Shown here piece after piece: positions 9,832 through 18,455 of a stretch of 32,000 nucleotides of DNA. Each line of letters opens with the position of its first letter. The first letter of the stretch is position 1. Source of the stretch: Candidatus Nitrosopumilus koreensis AR1. GTDB lineage: Archaea > Thermoproteota > Nitrososphaeria > Nitrososphaerales > Nitrosopumilaceae. Where the stretch lies: the NCBI RefSeq assembly GCF_000299365.1, contig NC_018655.1:990001-1022000 (forward strand), read 5' to 3'. Made by a program: the position numbers and the translations under genes. Under the pieces are notes generated by a model, which was not told where the DNA came from, did not search any database, and saw only the letters and a program-made list of their open reading frames with translations.

Positions 9832-10272
9832 TTATCGTCTTCTAATTGTTCGTTTGGCAGCTCTACTGTAGGCTTTCTTTGTAACCTTTTTTCCTTTCTT
9901 AGCAGGTTTTTTAGAAAGTTTTCTAGGGCCTTTACCACTCAAAGTAACTAGTCTACGGGCAGCCTTACCATATGCTTTCTTTGTAAGAGACTTGCCTTTT
10001 TTTGCAGCAACTGTCCTTCGTGGTTTTGGTTTTGCTTTACTAGTAGAAACAGTTCTTCTTGCCGCTTTTTTCCAAGCAGGAAGAGATGATTTCCTAGTAG
10101 AAGATTTTGTCGCTTTTCTGACAGTCTTTCTTGCCGGTTTAGTTACTTTTTTGGCAGTACGTGTCGCTTTTCTGACAGTCTTTCTTGCCGGTTTAGTTAC
10201 TTTTTTGGCAGTACGTGTCGCTTTTCTGACAGTCTTTCTGACAGATTTTTTTGCTTTTTTAGCTATTGCCAT
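9832..10272 (-). CDS. Histone H1-like / HC1-like lysine-alanine-arginine-rich repeat protein, 146 aa
   Basis: MAIAKKAKKSVRKTVRKATRTAKKVTKPARKTVRKATRTAKKVTKPARKTVRKATK...; almost no acidic residues, strongly basic. Confidence 0.8.
   Translation of the reverse strand: MAIAKKAKKSVRKTVRKATRTAKKVTKPARKTVRKATRTAKKVTKPARKTVRKATKSSTRKSSLPAWKKAARRTVSTSKAKPKPRRTVAAKKGKSLTKKAYGKAARRLVTLSGKGPRKLSKKPAKKGKKVTKKAYSRAAKRTIRRR
10109..10239 (-). repeat. 54-bp tandem repeat (18-aa unit KPARKTVRKATRTAKKVT), two full copies plus a partial copy
   Basis: gtcgcttttctgacagtctttcttgccggtttagttacttttttggcagtacgt starts at 10109 and 10163; a third partial copy starts at 10217. Confidence 0.9.
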
Positions 10273-10393
10273 AAGTTAATCACAATAAGTGAATGTATTA
10301 AATGGAGACAAATGAATTAATTGATACAAAGTAAAAAAATTATGCAAAAACAATACTAAATTCAATAAGATATACAGATCATATGTTTTTGTT

Positions 10394-10618
10394 TTATGTT
10401 AACGGTAAAAGAGACGCATCATTAATGCCATCTATTGCCTGTATTCTTTTAACTACATTAGTCATCACATAGTTTTTGTCTTCAGATTGAACCTCTGCAA
10501 GGACCTGATTTTGATCTTTTCTTTGTTGAATGTTTTTTACGTCCTGGAATTCTTTTAGTCTTTCAATTGCATAATCTCTTTTTCCATCATCACAAGTCAC
10601 TAAAACATCAAAAGTCAT
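10394..10618 (-). CDS. Small Lrp/AsnC effector-domain-like (RAM/ACT-like) protein, 74 aa
   Basis: VLVTCDDGKRDYAIERLKEFQDVKNIQQ...VMTNVVKRIQAIDGINDASLLPL resembles stand-alone AsnC_trans_reg domains. Confidence 0.5.
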   Translation of the reverse strand: MTFDVLVTCDDGKRDYAIERLKEFQDVKNIQQRKDQNQVLAEVQSEDKNYVMTNVVKRIQAIDGINDASLLPLT

Positions 10619-10735
10619 ACAGTGATTATGTTTTTAGTAATTATAAACCCACGTACATAACGAGTGTTAATTTAAATCAATTAGCTTAATGGGCTTTAAG
10701 TGAAATAGAACAAACCAGACTATACAAAATTTAAA

Positions 10736-10825
10736 CTAGTCATCGTCCCTTATACTCTTTTTATGAAAACCCTCACATAGTTTACAAGGTCTATTTGGCC
10801 AGCATTCGGGTCGAAAACAAGTCAT
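10736..10825 (-). CDS. Putative 29-aa cysteine-rich microprotein (not in track)
   Basis: MTCFRPECWPNRPCKLCEGFHKKSIRDDD*; four Cys (C3, C8, C14, C17) and an upstream TAAGCT element. Confidence 0.4.
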   Translation of the reverse strand: MTCFRPECWPNRPCKLCEGFHKKSIRDDD

Positions 10826-10908
10826 TACATAAAGTTACCAATTGAAAAATATTACATTTTATCAAAACATTAGCTTAAATTCAAATTTAAAATTTATTGC
10901 AATGTAAA

Positions 10909-11376
10909 TTATTTTTTATTAATTTTTGGAAAAATTTGAATCATATCTTCGCTAAATTTGTGATTTGGAATAATCACTTTGATTCCATCTTCAGTGATTG
11001 CGGTGATTTTTGTCAAATGCAATCCAGTAATTTTACATTTCACATAATCAAATTCAATCAAATCACCTACGTTAATTTGAGGATTCAGAAATATGCTTAT
11101 TCCAGAAATAGAATTTTTGAGTTGGTTTTGCAGAGCAATTCCAATCACAACTGCTGCAGCACCAATAGATGTAATCATCTCCAAGGCAATATCAAATAGG
11201 CCAAAAAACGTACCCAAATACAATAACTCACCAACAATTATGAAAACCAAAACCATTCCCAAGAGTTTATCAGAACCTTGAAGGTCTTGCAGTTTTTTGT
11301 TGATTATTTGTCTAGACACTACATACAAAACAATAGTTACAACTATGGATAATACTGCAAAGACAAGTTCAGTCAA
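10909..11376 (-). CDS. Short MscS-family small-conductance mechanosensitive channel-like protein, 155 aa
   Basis: Three hydrophobic helices, pore-helix-like ITSIGAAAVVIGIALQNQLKNSISGISIFL, then INVGDLIEF beta domain. Confidence 0.8.
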   Translation of the reverse strand: MTELVFAVLSIVVTIVLYVVSRQIINKKLQDLQGSDKLLGMVLVFIIVGELLYLGTFFGLFDIALEMITSIGAAAVVIGIALQNQLKNSISGISIFLNPQINVGDLIEFDYVKCKITGLHLTKITAITEDGIKVIIPNHKFSEDMIQIFPKINKK

Positions 11377-11379
11377 AAA

Positions 11380-11631
11380 TTATCTCAACAGATCCTCTTC
11401 AAAAAATTCAGCAATACTGTCCTTTATTACAACCTCAGAATTTTTTTTAAAGATGAATGATTCGTGGTATTGCGTTCCAAGAATACTTAGTGATATCAAT
11501 GCCCCATCTTCAAGAGTCACATAACGACGAGGAACAGAATCATCTAAGCGCTTCCATTTGCCCTCTAACTTGCAAGTATCAAAAAGCTTTTGAGACTTTA
11601 TGTTATGATATGTTTGTGTATTAAATTTCAT
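11380..11631 (-). CDS. Hypothetical protein, 83 aa
   Basis: Tightly packed upstream of the mscS-like gene; no recognised domain. Confidence 0.5.
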   Translation of the reverse strand: MKFNTQTYHNIKSQKLFDTCKLEGKWKRLDDSVPRRYVTLEDGALISLSILGTQYHESFIFKKNSEVVIKDSIAEFFEEDLLR

Positions 11632-11645
11632 GAAAACCTTCTCTC

Positions 11646-11828
11646 CTATTTAAAACCAGATTTTCTAAATCGTTTCTTGTATTCCTTCATCAACAGAATA
11701 GGAAATGGTGTATACTCTAAATTTTCAAAAAAGGTTTTTAGCTGAGAATCAGATAGTGCTTTAAGATATTGTTTGATGTTTTTTTCACAGGAAAGATATG
11801 ATTTTTCAGGATCAAAGAATTTCTCCAT
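11646..11828 (-). CDS. Hypothetical protein, 60 aa
   Basis: ORF between 11380..11631 and an upstream AGCTTA element (TAAGCT at 11864..11869 on +). Confidence 0.5.
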   Translation of the reverse strand: MEKFFDPEKSYLSCEKNIKQYLKALSDSQLKTFFENLEYTPFPILLMKEYKKRFRKSGFK

Positions 11829-11887
11829 AATACAGTTTCAAGTTTTAAGAATATAGCATGTTGTAAGCTTTGAGATAGATTTTCAGC

Positions 11888-12709
11888 TTATTCTTTTAAT
11901 TTAAATTCCTTGAAAGGGTCTGAGACATTCCAGCAATATTTGAAATAATCCATACACCATTCCCTAAAAGACTCATCCTCACTAAAGAACATAGAACGAA
12001 GGTCAGGCCTTCCAGAAGAATCAGGGAACATTAGTCCTGCAGAATTTTCGTTTAAAATTATTGAAATTTGTACAGATTTTAGCATCCTACGTTCAATTTT
12101 TTCAGATTCCAAGAGAGCATAAAATCCTGATTTTTCAAGAAGTTTTTTTCGTCCTTTGGGAATTGACGCATCTTCAGATATTATATGTCGATATTTTGTT
12201 CCGCGTTTCACTCGTTTAATCATCAAATCCATAAGTTCCAAAGGAGTCTCAGACAAAATATTGAAAATATAATCATCGGCAGTTTTGTAGATTTTTTTCC
12301 ATGTTTCCAATACACGTGATACCCCTACAATCTCCTGCGAATTACTCAAATCACCTATACGGCGTAGAAACTTTGAAGGAAGGTTTCCAAAATTATGACT
12401 TTTAAAATATTTTTTATTTTCAGAAAGATAAGAGAATGAATGGATTTGCGTACAAATTGCTTGTCCAAACGTAGTTAATGCATAAAAATTATTTTCTTGT
12501 TTAACAATCAAATTAGAATTAACCATCCGCTCAAAATTTCGATGTATTTCCTGAGGAGAGACATCGTATTTTTTTGACAATGTTGTTAGACGTGATGGTT
12601 TTTGGAGTAAATCAAACAGAATTTTGAGTCTAACCTCACTTGCAAGCTCTAAAAATTCAGCAGAAGTATCCTCAAAGTCCAGCATGAAATTATTGTGATT
12701 TAACACCAT
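11888..12709 (-). CDS. Winged-helix transcriptional regulator, FilR1/ArsR-like architecture, 273 aa
   Basis: SEVRLKILFDLLQKPSRLTTLSKKYDVSPQEIHRNFERMVNSNLIVKQENNFYALTTFG helix-turn-helix, then a middle domain ending in a polar linker; divergent to 12843. Confidence 0.8.
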   Translation of the reverse strand: MVLNHNNFMLDFEDTSAEFLELASEVRLKILFDLLQKPSRLTTLSKKYDVSPQEIHRNFERMVNSNLIVKQENNFYALTTFGQAICTQIHSFSYLSENKKYFKSHNFGNLPSKFLRRIGDLSNSQEIVGVSRVLETWKKIYKTADDYIFNILSETPLELMDLMIKRVKRGTKYRHIISEDASIPKGRKKLLEKSGFYALLESEKIERRMLKSVQISIILNENSAGLMFPDSSGRPDLRSMFFSEDESFREWCMDYFKYCWNVSDPFKEFKLKE

Positions 12710-12842
12710 AAAAAACTACGTTTTAACAACATTACAAATCAACAGACATAAAAAATCAGAAAACACTACTAATAACCAAAACAAGATTTTCAAACTAGAT
12801 AACATGCAAATTTTATTTATTGATGAAAAACATACAAAATGA

Positions 12843-14177
12843 ATGGAAATTAGGTCTTTCAAGTATTCTATTCCTCAAATCACATTTCTAGTAAAAACAA
12901 AATTATGGGCACAAGTTCTTGTTGCATTATTCTTAGGATTAGTAATAGGACTGGCATTAGGACCAGAAACAGGTTTAGTTGATGAAAAATCAGCAGAGAT
13001 CATCACAAACTGGTTATCAATTCCAGCTAATCTATTTCTAAAAATTATTCAGATGATAATAATTCCTTTAATTTTTGCATCAATAATTAGAGGAATCACA
13101 TCTTCAGGCAGTCTAAAGCAGCTTCAAAAACTAGGTTTGGGGGTATCAGTCTATTTTGTTGCAACAACTGCAATAGCATTAGCGATAGGAATTCTTTTCG
13201 TAACAACAATAGAGCCTGGAAATTTTGTGGATAGTGCACTAATTAGAGATAGTTTTAATTTAGAAGATACAGAACCAATCGAAAATACAGAGTTTACAAT
13301 AAATGACATTCCCCAAAGTATCACAAATGTAATTCCAAGCAACCCGCTTGCATCTTTTATGTCAGGGGAGATGCTCAGCATCATTGTTTTTGCATTAATT
13401 ATCGGTGTGTCTATGATTTCAATTCCAAGAAAAAGCTCTCAGCCAATTCTTGATTTGTTAGAATCAGTACAAAAAATCACTCTAAAAGTGGTCTCATGGG
13501 CAATGCGTTTGGCACCTTTTGCAGCCTTTGGTCTCATGGCAGGAATTACATCAAAGCTTGGATTATCCGCACTGACCGGACTTGGGGCATACATGGGAAC
13601 TGTAGTAATTGCTCTTTTTACAATGATATTCATCTATATTCTAATTATCAAATTTTTAGCAAAAAAACCATTATCTTTTTTTTCAATGATGAGAGATGCA
13701 CAACTCTTAGCATTTTCAACATCAAGTTCTGCTGCAGTGATGCCATTATCTATCAAAACAGCAGAAGAAAAGATGAAGGTAAAGCCAAAGATATCTCAGT
13801 TCATCATACCGTTAGGAGCCACAGTAAATATGGATGGAACTGCATTATATCAAATAATTGCAGTGTTTTTCTTAGCACAGTTGTTTGGAATTGACTTGGG
13901 TTTTACTACAATACTTTTAATTTCAATAACCGCATTGGCAGCATCAATTGGTGCACCATCTGCACCAGGAACAGGAATTGTAATTCTATCAACAATTTTA
14001 ATTGCTGCAGGAATCCCACCAGTTGCAGTAGTTTTGTTATTGGGAGTAGACAGGATTTTAGATATGACAAGAACCATGACAAATGTCACAGGGGATTTGA
14101 CAGCATGTCTATTTTTTGATAAGAGAATCAAAGCATCAGACTTGGTAGACGAACCAGAAGAAACAAAACAAGAATAA
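12843..14177 (+). CDS. Dicarboxylate/amino acid:cation symporter (DAACS/SDF family)
   Basis: Family motifs AFSTSSSAAVMPLSI, GATVNMDGTALYQ, SIGAPSAPGTGIVILS, DRILDMTRTMTNVTGD. Confidence 0.95.
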   Translation: MEIRSFKYSIPQITFLVKTKLWAQVLVALFLGLVIGLALGPETGLVDEKSAEIITNWLSIPANLFLKIIQMIIIPLIFASIIRGITSSGSLKQLQKLGLGVSVYFVATTAIALAIGILFVTTIEPGNFVDSALIRDSFNLEDTEPIENTEFTINDIPQSITNVIPSNPLASFMSGEMLSIIVFALIIGVSMISIPRKSSQPILDLLESVQKITLKVVSWAMRLAPFAAFGLMAGITSKLGLSALTGLGAYMGTVVIALFTMIFIYILIIKFLAKKPLSFFSMMRDAQLLAFSTSSSAAVMPLSIKTAEEKMKVKPKISQFIIPLGATVNMDGTALYQIIAVFFLAQLFGIDLGFTTILLISITALAASIGAPSAPGTGIVILSTILIAAGIPPVAVVLLLGVDRILDMTRTMTNVTGDLTACLFFDKRIKASDLVDEPEETKQE

Positions 14178-14189
14178 GATTAGACAAGT

Positions 14190-15104
14190 CTAATCTGAAA
14201 AATTTTCAATGGGCTCTAAAGGAGTAAAATCTCTAGATCCAATATAGTTAGGTCTAGGCGCAAGACCACAAAATGGAGTAGTAAGTTGGTTGTGAACGCT
14301 ATTGAATACAAAAAATGCATTACTTCTGGGATAAGGAGTGATATTGCCATTAGAACCATGCATAATATTACAATCAAAGAAGATTGCAGAGCCTGCATCG
14401 CCTTTAGCAGAAACAATTCCACCTTTTTCAACCATTTTTTCCAAAATATCTTTGTCGGGAGTGCCTATCTCTTGTCTTTTTAGAGATTGTTTGTAATGCT
14501 TTTCAGGAGTTTGCCCAGAACATGATACAAATTCATTATGAGATCCAGGAATTAACATCAATGGTCCATTGAATTCATAATTTTTTGTAAGGCTGATAGA
14601 ACAAGATATGGCTCTCATGTTTGGCATCCCATCTTCAGAATGCCATGTTTCAAAATCAGAATGCCAATAGAATTCTTTTCCATCAAAGCCAGGTTTCAAG
14701 TTTACACGAGACTGATGAATGTAGACTTTGCTACCCAAAAGATGTTGAACCACATTTAAAATTCTCTTGTCACTACAAAGTCTACCATAAAGTTTACTTA
14801 GTTTATGAATTTCAAAGATGGAGCGAACTTCTTTGTTGGTTGGCTCCAAAATAAATTGTGGCAAGTCTTTTTTTGATTCATCTTCAGACATAGATTTTAG
14901 TTCTTCAAACAATGAAGCAACTTCATCAGCATCAAATAGGTTTTCAAAAATCAGGTACCCATTTTCTGCAAAAAATTTTTCTTGTTTTTCTGTCAGAGAC
15001 GAAAAAGAACTAGGATAAACTACAGGATCAGTTCTGGAGATTATTTTTGATTCAGAATTTAATCGGGTTGGATAAAAATCCAATTCAGTTTTATTTTGAG
15101 ACAT
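14190..15104 (-). CDS. ectD: Ectoine hydroxylase (PhyH-family Fe(II)/2OG dioxygenase)
   Basis: HSDFETWHSEDGMPNMRAISCSISL (H-x-D iron motif), NGPLMLIPGSHNEF, DCNIMHGSNGNITPYPRSNAFFVFNS; last gene of the ectABC operon. Confidence 0.93.
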   Translation of the reverse strand: MSQNKTELDFYPTRLNSESKIISRTDPVVYPSSFSSLTEKQEKFFAENGYLIFENLFDADEVASLFEELKSMSEDESKKDLPQFILEPTNKEVRSIFEIHKLSKLYGRLCSDKRILNVVQHLLGSKVYIHQSRVNLKPGFDGKEFYWHSDFETWHSEDGMPNMRAISCSISLTKNYEFNGPLMLIPGSHNEFVSCSGQTPEKHYKQSLKRQEIGTPDKDILEKMVEKGGIVSAKGDAGSAIFFDCNIMHGSNGNITPYPRSNAFFVFNSVHNQLTTPFCGLAPRPNYIGSRDFTPLEPIENFSD

Positions 15105-15492
15105 TTTTGGATTCTGTTAATAATGGATATACGCCATCAGCATCGTGTGTTTCAGGTCCCAAGAGGGGCGGATTAAAGACACAAATCATTTTCATGTTTG
15201 AAAATGCTCGCAAGATATGTTTATCATGTTTATCTAATGCATAAATTGTTCCAGGAGATATGTTGTGTTTGGTACCATCATCTTCCTCAATTTCACCTGA
15301 ACCTTCAACACAATAAACTGCCTCAAGGTGGTTTTTGTACCAGATTTTAGTTTCAGTACCAGCAAATACAGTTGTTTGGTGAAAAGAGAACCCCATATTA
15401 TCATCTTTTAACAGCAGTCTGGTACTAGACCAATTATCTGAACGCACTTCACTTTCAGTATTGTACAACGAATCAATATTTCGAATGATCAT
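15091..15492 (-). CDS. ectC: L-ectoine synthase (cupin)
   Basis: MIIRNIDSLYNTESEVRSDNWSSTRLLLKDDNMGFSFHQTTVFAGTETKIWYKNHLEAVYCVEGSGEIEE, typical EctC. Confidence 0.97.
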   Translation of the reverse strand: MIIRNIDSLYNTESEVRSDNWSSTRLLLKDDNMGFSFHQTTVFAGTETKIWYKNHLEAVYCVEGSGEIEEDDGTKHNISPGTIYALDKHDKHILRAFSNMKMICVFNPPLLGPETHDADGVYPLLTESKNVSK

Positions 15493-16784
15493 TTTTGAAC
15501 AATCTCGGCTTCTAGAATTTTCTTATAATCTGATTCATCCATGACTTGTTTGATACTTTTTTCTAAAATATCCAATCCTTTTCTTAAATCATCTTCAGAG
15601 ATATTCAAAGCAGGAAGTAGTTTTACTACTTGATCATCAGAACCGCATGTTTCAAGTATCAATCCATTTTCAAAACATTTTTGTTTAATTTCACTAGCTA
15701 AATCTTCTAAAATACAATCAATGCCATAGATCATGCCTTTGCCACGAACTTGAATATCAGAAGTAGGGAATTCAGATGCTATTTCATCTAATCGGGCTTT
15801 CATGATTTTAGAGTTTAAGATAATTTGGTTTTCAAGTTCATCTGGCACCCAATATTCTTCAATTGCAGCTGTAGCAGTAACAAATGCCATGTTATTTCCT
15901 CTAAAGGTACCGTTATGTTCACCAGGTTTCCACACATCTAACTCTGGTTTTAACAACAATAATGAAAATGGCAAACCAAAACCACTCAATGACTTTGATA
16001 ACGTTACAAGGTCAGGTTGAATTCCCATTCCCTCAAAACTGAAGAAGGTTCCTGTTCTACCACATCCAACTTGGATATCATCAATAATTATTAAAATTCC
16101 AAATTCTTTACACAGTTCTTGTAAAGACTGAAGCCATTGCGAGCTTGCAACATTAATTCCACCTTCACCCTGAACAGTTTCTAAGACTACAGCTGCTGGA
16201 AGGTCTACACCGCTACTGTTATCCTCAAGCAATCTTCGCATGTAATCAATCGTGTTAACCTTTTTTCCCATATAGCCATCAAATGGCATGAATATCACGT
16301 CATTAAGGGGAATTCCTGCACCGCCTCTATGATGTTGATTTCCGGTTGCAGCTACGGCGCCAAGAGTAACTCCATGAAATCCATTTGTAAAAGATATGAT
16401 TTTTGTTCTGCCTGTAACTTTTCGTGCAATCTTCAATGCAGCTTCTACAGCATTTGTTCCAGTAGGACCGGTAAACTGCACTTTGTAATCCATGTTTCTA
16501 GGAGACAAAATATTTTTTGAAAAAGAATTCAAAAATTCTTCTTTTGATTCAGTTGCAAGATCTAAGCTATGAATTATTCCATCTTGATTTAGGTAATCAA
16601 TAATTTTATTTTTTAAAACAGGATTATTATGACCATAGTTTAACGAACCTGCTCCGCAAAGAAAATCGAGATAAGATTTCCCATCCTTATCAATCAGATG
16701 CGAGTCCTTGGCTTTTGAAAACATAACCGGGTAAGCACGGCAATATGAGCGAACTTCAGATTCTAAAGAATCAGTTTGCTTCAA
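15489..16784 (-). CDS. ectB: Diaminobutyrate--2-oxoglutarate transaminase
   Basis: ESEVRSYCRAYPVMFSKAKDSHLIDKDGKSYLDFLCGAGSLNYGHNNP; QFTGPTGTNAVEAALKIARKVTGR; DIQVGCGRTGTFFSFE; SLSGFG PLP-lysine region. Confidence 0.97.
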   Translation of the reverse strand: MKQTDSLESEVRSYCRAYPVMFSKAKDSHLIDKDGKSYLDFLCGAGSLNYGHNNPVLKNKIIDYLNQDGIIHSLDLATESKEEFLNSFSKNILSPRNMDYKVQFTGPTGTNAVEAALKIARKVTGRTKIISFTNGFHGVTLGAVAATGNQHHRGGAGIPLNDVIFMPFDGYMGKKVNTIDYMRRLLEDNSSGVDLPAAVVLETVQGEGGINVASSQWLQSLQELCKEFGILIIIDDIQVGCGRTGTFFSFEGMGIQPDLVTLSKSLSGFGLPFSLLLLKPELDVWKPGEHNGTFRGNNMAFVTATAAIEEYWVPDELENQIILNSKIMKARLDEIASEFPTSDIQVRGKGMIYGIDCILEDLASEIKQKCFENGLILETCGSDDQVVKLLPALNISEDDLRKGLDILEKSIKQVMDESDYKKILEAEIVQK

Positions 16785-17290
16785 TTTGTTACCTCCAGAA
16801 TGTTTTTTTGAATAGGTCCAATAACTACAAGATCTTCGGGCTCATGTCCTCCACCCAAAACATCAGTTGAAAACAGAGGTTTTTTGTTTAATTTGGCACC
16901 AATATTATCTGCAAAGTTTTGCAAAAACTTCAATGATGCATGGTTTGATGGAGTCACAGTTGCGTGTACAAATTCTATAGGCGAATCCACATTGCAAAGA
17001 GTGTGAGAAACTAATTCTTTTGCAATACCCATATTCCTAAAATCATTATTAACTGCAGCTTGCCAAACAAACAAAGTGTCAGGGTTTTTTGGAGGTATGA
17101 ATCCAGATAGAAAACCAACAATCTTTGAATCAGATTCAGCCACACAACATGTTTTTGAGAATTGGTGGCACAAGAGGACGTACAGATATTTTGAATTCTC
17201 ATCAAGAGGTTTGTTATTTTTTACCAACTCCCAAATCTGATGGGCATCACTAACTGTTGGTTCTCTGTATGTTATAGAAGTCATGATCAA
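16781..17290 (-). CDS. ectA: L-2,4-diaminobutyrate N-acetyltransferase (GNAT)
   Basis: TYREPTVSDAHQIWELVKNNKPLDENSKYLYVLLCHQFSKTCCVAE...VWQAAVNNDFRNMGIAKELV. Confidence 0.96.
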   Translation of the reverse strand: MIMTSITYREPTVSDAHQIWELVKNNKPLDENSKYLYVLLCHQFSKTCCVAESDSKIVGFLSGFIPPKNPDTLFVWQAAVNNDFRNMGIAKELVSHTLCNVDSPIEFVHATVTPSNHASLKFLQNFADNIGAKLNKKPLFSTDVLGGGHEPEDLVVIGPIQKNILEVTN

Positions 17291-17667
17291 AGTACTATTT
17301 TTTGAGCGTTTCCTTGAGATTGAATTTCATTTTCTTGAAATGTCTTGTCTGCTTCATTACTTGCCTCAGGCGGAACCCCTATCACAAAGGGTAGTCGTTC
17401 CCCTTCAGAAGATCCGCGTCCCATCATTAGTTTAGATAAAGTCAGAATTTTTTGTTTAGTTAAATCAGAAGAGATAGTTTGAGAGTCTGCAACAACTCCA
17501 ATATGATAAAGTTCTTTGTTAGGATTCCAGCAAATCACATCAGGTTCTACACCTTCTATAGTTGTAGGATTCTCAAAACCAGTACAGTTTGCTTGAATAA
17601 CTTGTAATCCATCTTTTTCAAATGTATCAACCAAATTTTTCACCATAGACTCTGTTGTAGTCATCAT
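17287..17667 (-). CDS. Uncharacterised protein, apparent first gene of the ectoine operon, 126 aa
   Basis: 4-nt overlap with ectA, AGCTTA element 34 nt upstream; FEKDGLQVIQANCTGFENPTTIEGVEPDVICWNPNKELYHIGVVAD. Confidence 0.75.
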   Translation of the reverse strand: MMTTTESMVKNLVDTFEKDGLQVIQANCTGFENPTTIEGVEPDVICWNPNKELYHIGVVADSQTISSDLTKQKILTLSKLMMGRGSSEGERLPFVIGVPPEASNEADKTFQENEIQSQGNAQKIVL

Positions 17668-17731
17668 TAGGAATTCGAAGTAAAGGAAGTTAATCTTTTG
17701 TAAGCTAATGTATGGATTTTCAGCTCATATG

Positions 17732-17893
17732 TTAAACTAGTTCACTGAGATTTCCATTTTTTGCCATCTCCATTACAAACAGTTCTACGTCAGTTATTCC
17801 GCATCGTGGGAATTTTTTTTCTTTACCGTTTTGATTTTTCACAACAATCATATCATCAAAAAGATAGATGTCTAAGGAGTTTTTTTCAAACAT
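17732..17893 (-). CDS. Putative small protein, 53 aa (not in track)
   Basis: MFEKNSLDIYLFDDMIVVKNQNGKEKKFPRCGITDVELFVMEMAKNGNLSELV*. Confidence 0.45.
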   Translation of the reverse strand: MFEKNSLDIYLFDDMIVVKNQNGKEKKFPRCGITDVELFVMEMAKNGNLSELV

Positions 17894-18102
17894 GATAAAT
17901 CATTCCAGATCTATCTGCAAAGGTAACTTTTTTGAACTACGTATAGAACACGACAGAAGCAAAAAAGAACTTTCCATTAGAAGAATTTTTCAAAAATTTC
18001 TATTATTGTTTTATAAGCTATTTCATTGAAATTCAATTCTAAAACATAATTTAGTATTTTTTATGAATACACTGTTAATTAAACTGAGAATTTGTTGGAA
18101 GC

Positions 18103-18417
18103 ATGGGAAAACGTCAAGTAAAAAATGAAAGTGCATTAAAGGAAATAAAATTGCCAGAAACAGAAGAAGAGATGTTTGGCAGAGTAATCAAAATGATGGG
18201 GGGAGAAAATGTAATGGTAAAATGTGCAGACAAGGTAGTTCGAAGAGGAAGAATAAGGGGCAAATTGAAAAGAAGAGTATGGATCAGAGATAATGACGTG
18301 GTGATTATCGCACCATGGGAGTTCGGAAAGGATCAAAGAGGAGATATTTTATGGCGATACACATTGCCGCAGGTGGATTGGCTAAAACAAAACAAGCACA
18401 TCCCACTAGATTTTTAG
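18103..18417 (+). CDS. Translation initiation factor aIF-1A
   Basis: EEEMFGRVIKMMGGENVMVKCADKVVRRGRIRGKLKRRVWIRDNDVVIIAPWEF, classic S1/OB fold of eIF1A. Confidence 0.96.
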   Translation: MGKRQVKNESALKEIKLPETEEEMFGRVIKMMGGENVMVKCADKVVRRGRIRGKLKRRVWIRDNDVVIIAPWEFGKDQRGDILWRYTLPQVDWLKQNKHIPLDF

Positions 18418-18455
18418 ATTTAATTGACAAAATGATGGAATCTTGAATATCAGAG

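Noticed and set aside
10109-10239. 54-bp repeats as a non-coding array
   Set aside because: They translate to an in-frame 18-aa repeat in a basic protein and have no spacers.
9992-10279. Plus-strand 95-aa ORF rich in Phe/Leu/Val
   Set aside because: Antisense shadow of the H1-like repeat gene.
10690-10900. Possible tRNA or structured RNA around gggtcgaaaac
   Set aside because: No cloverleaf arms or T-loop consensus could be paired; the region is better explained by a small Cys-rich ORF.
13151-14131. Antisense ORFs inside the DAACS symporter
   Set aside because: No family motifs; the plus-strand symporter is unambiguous.
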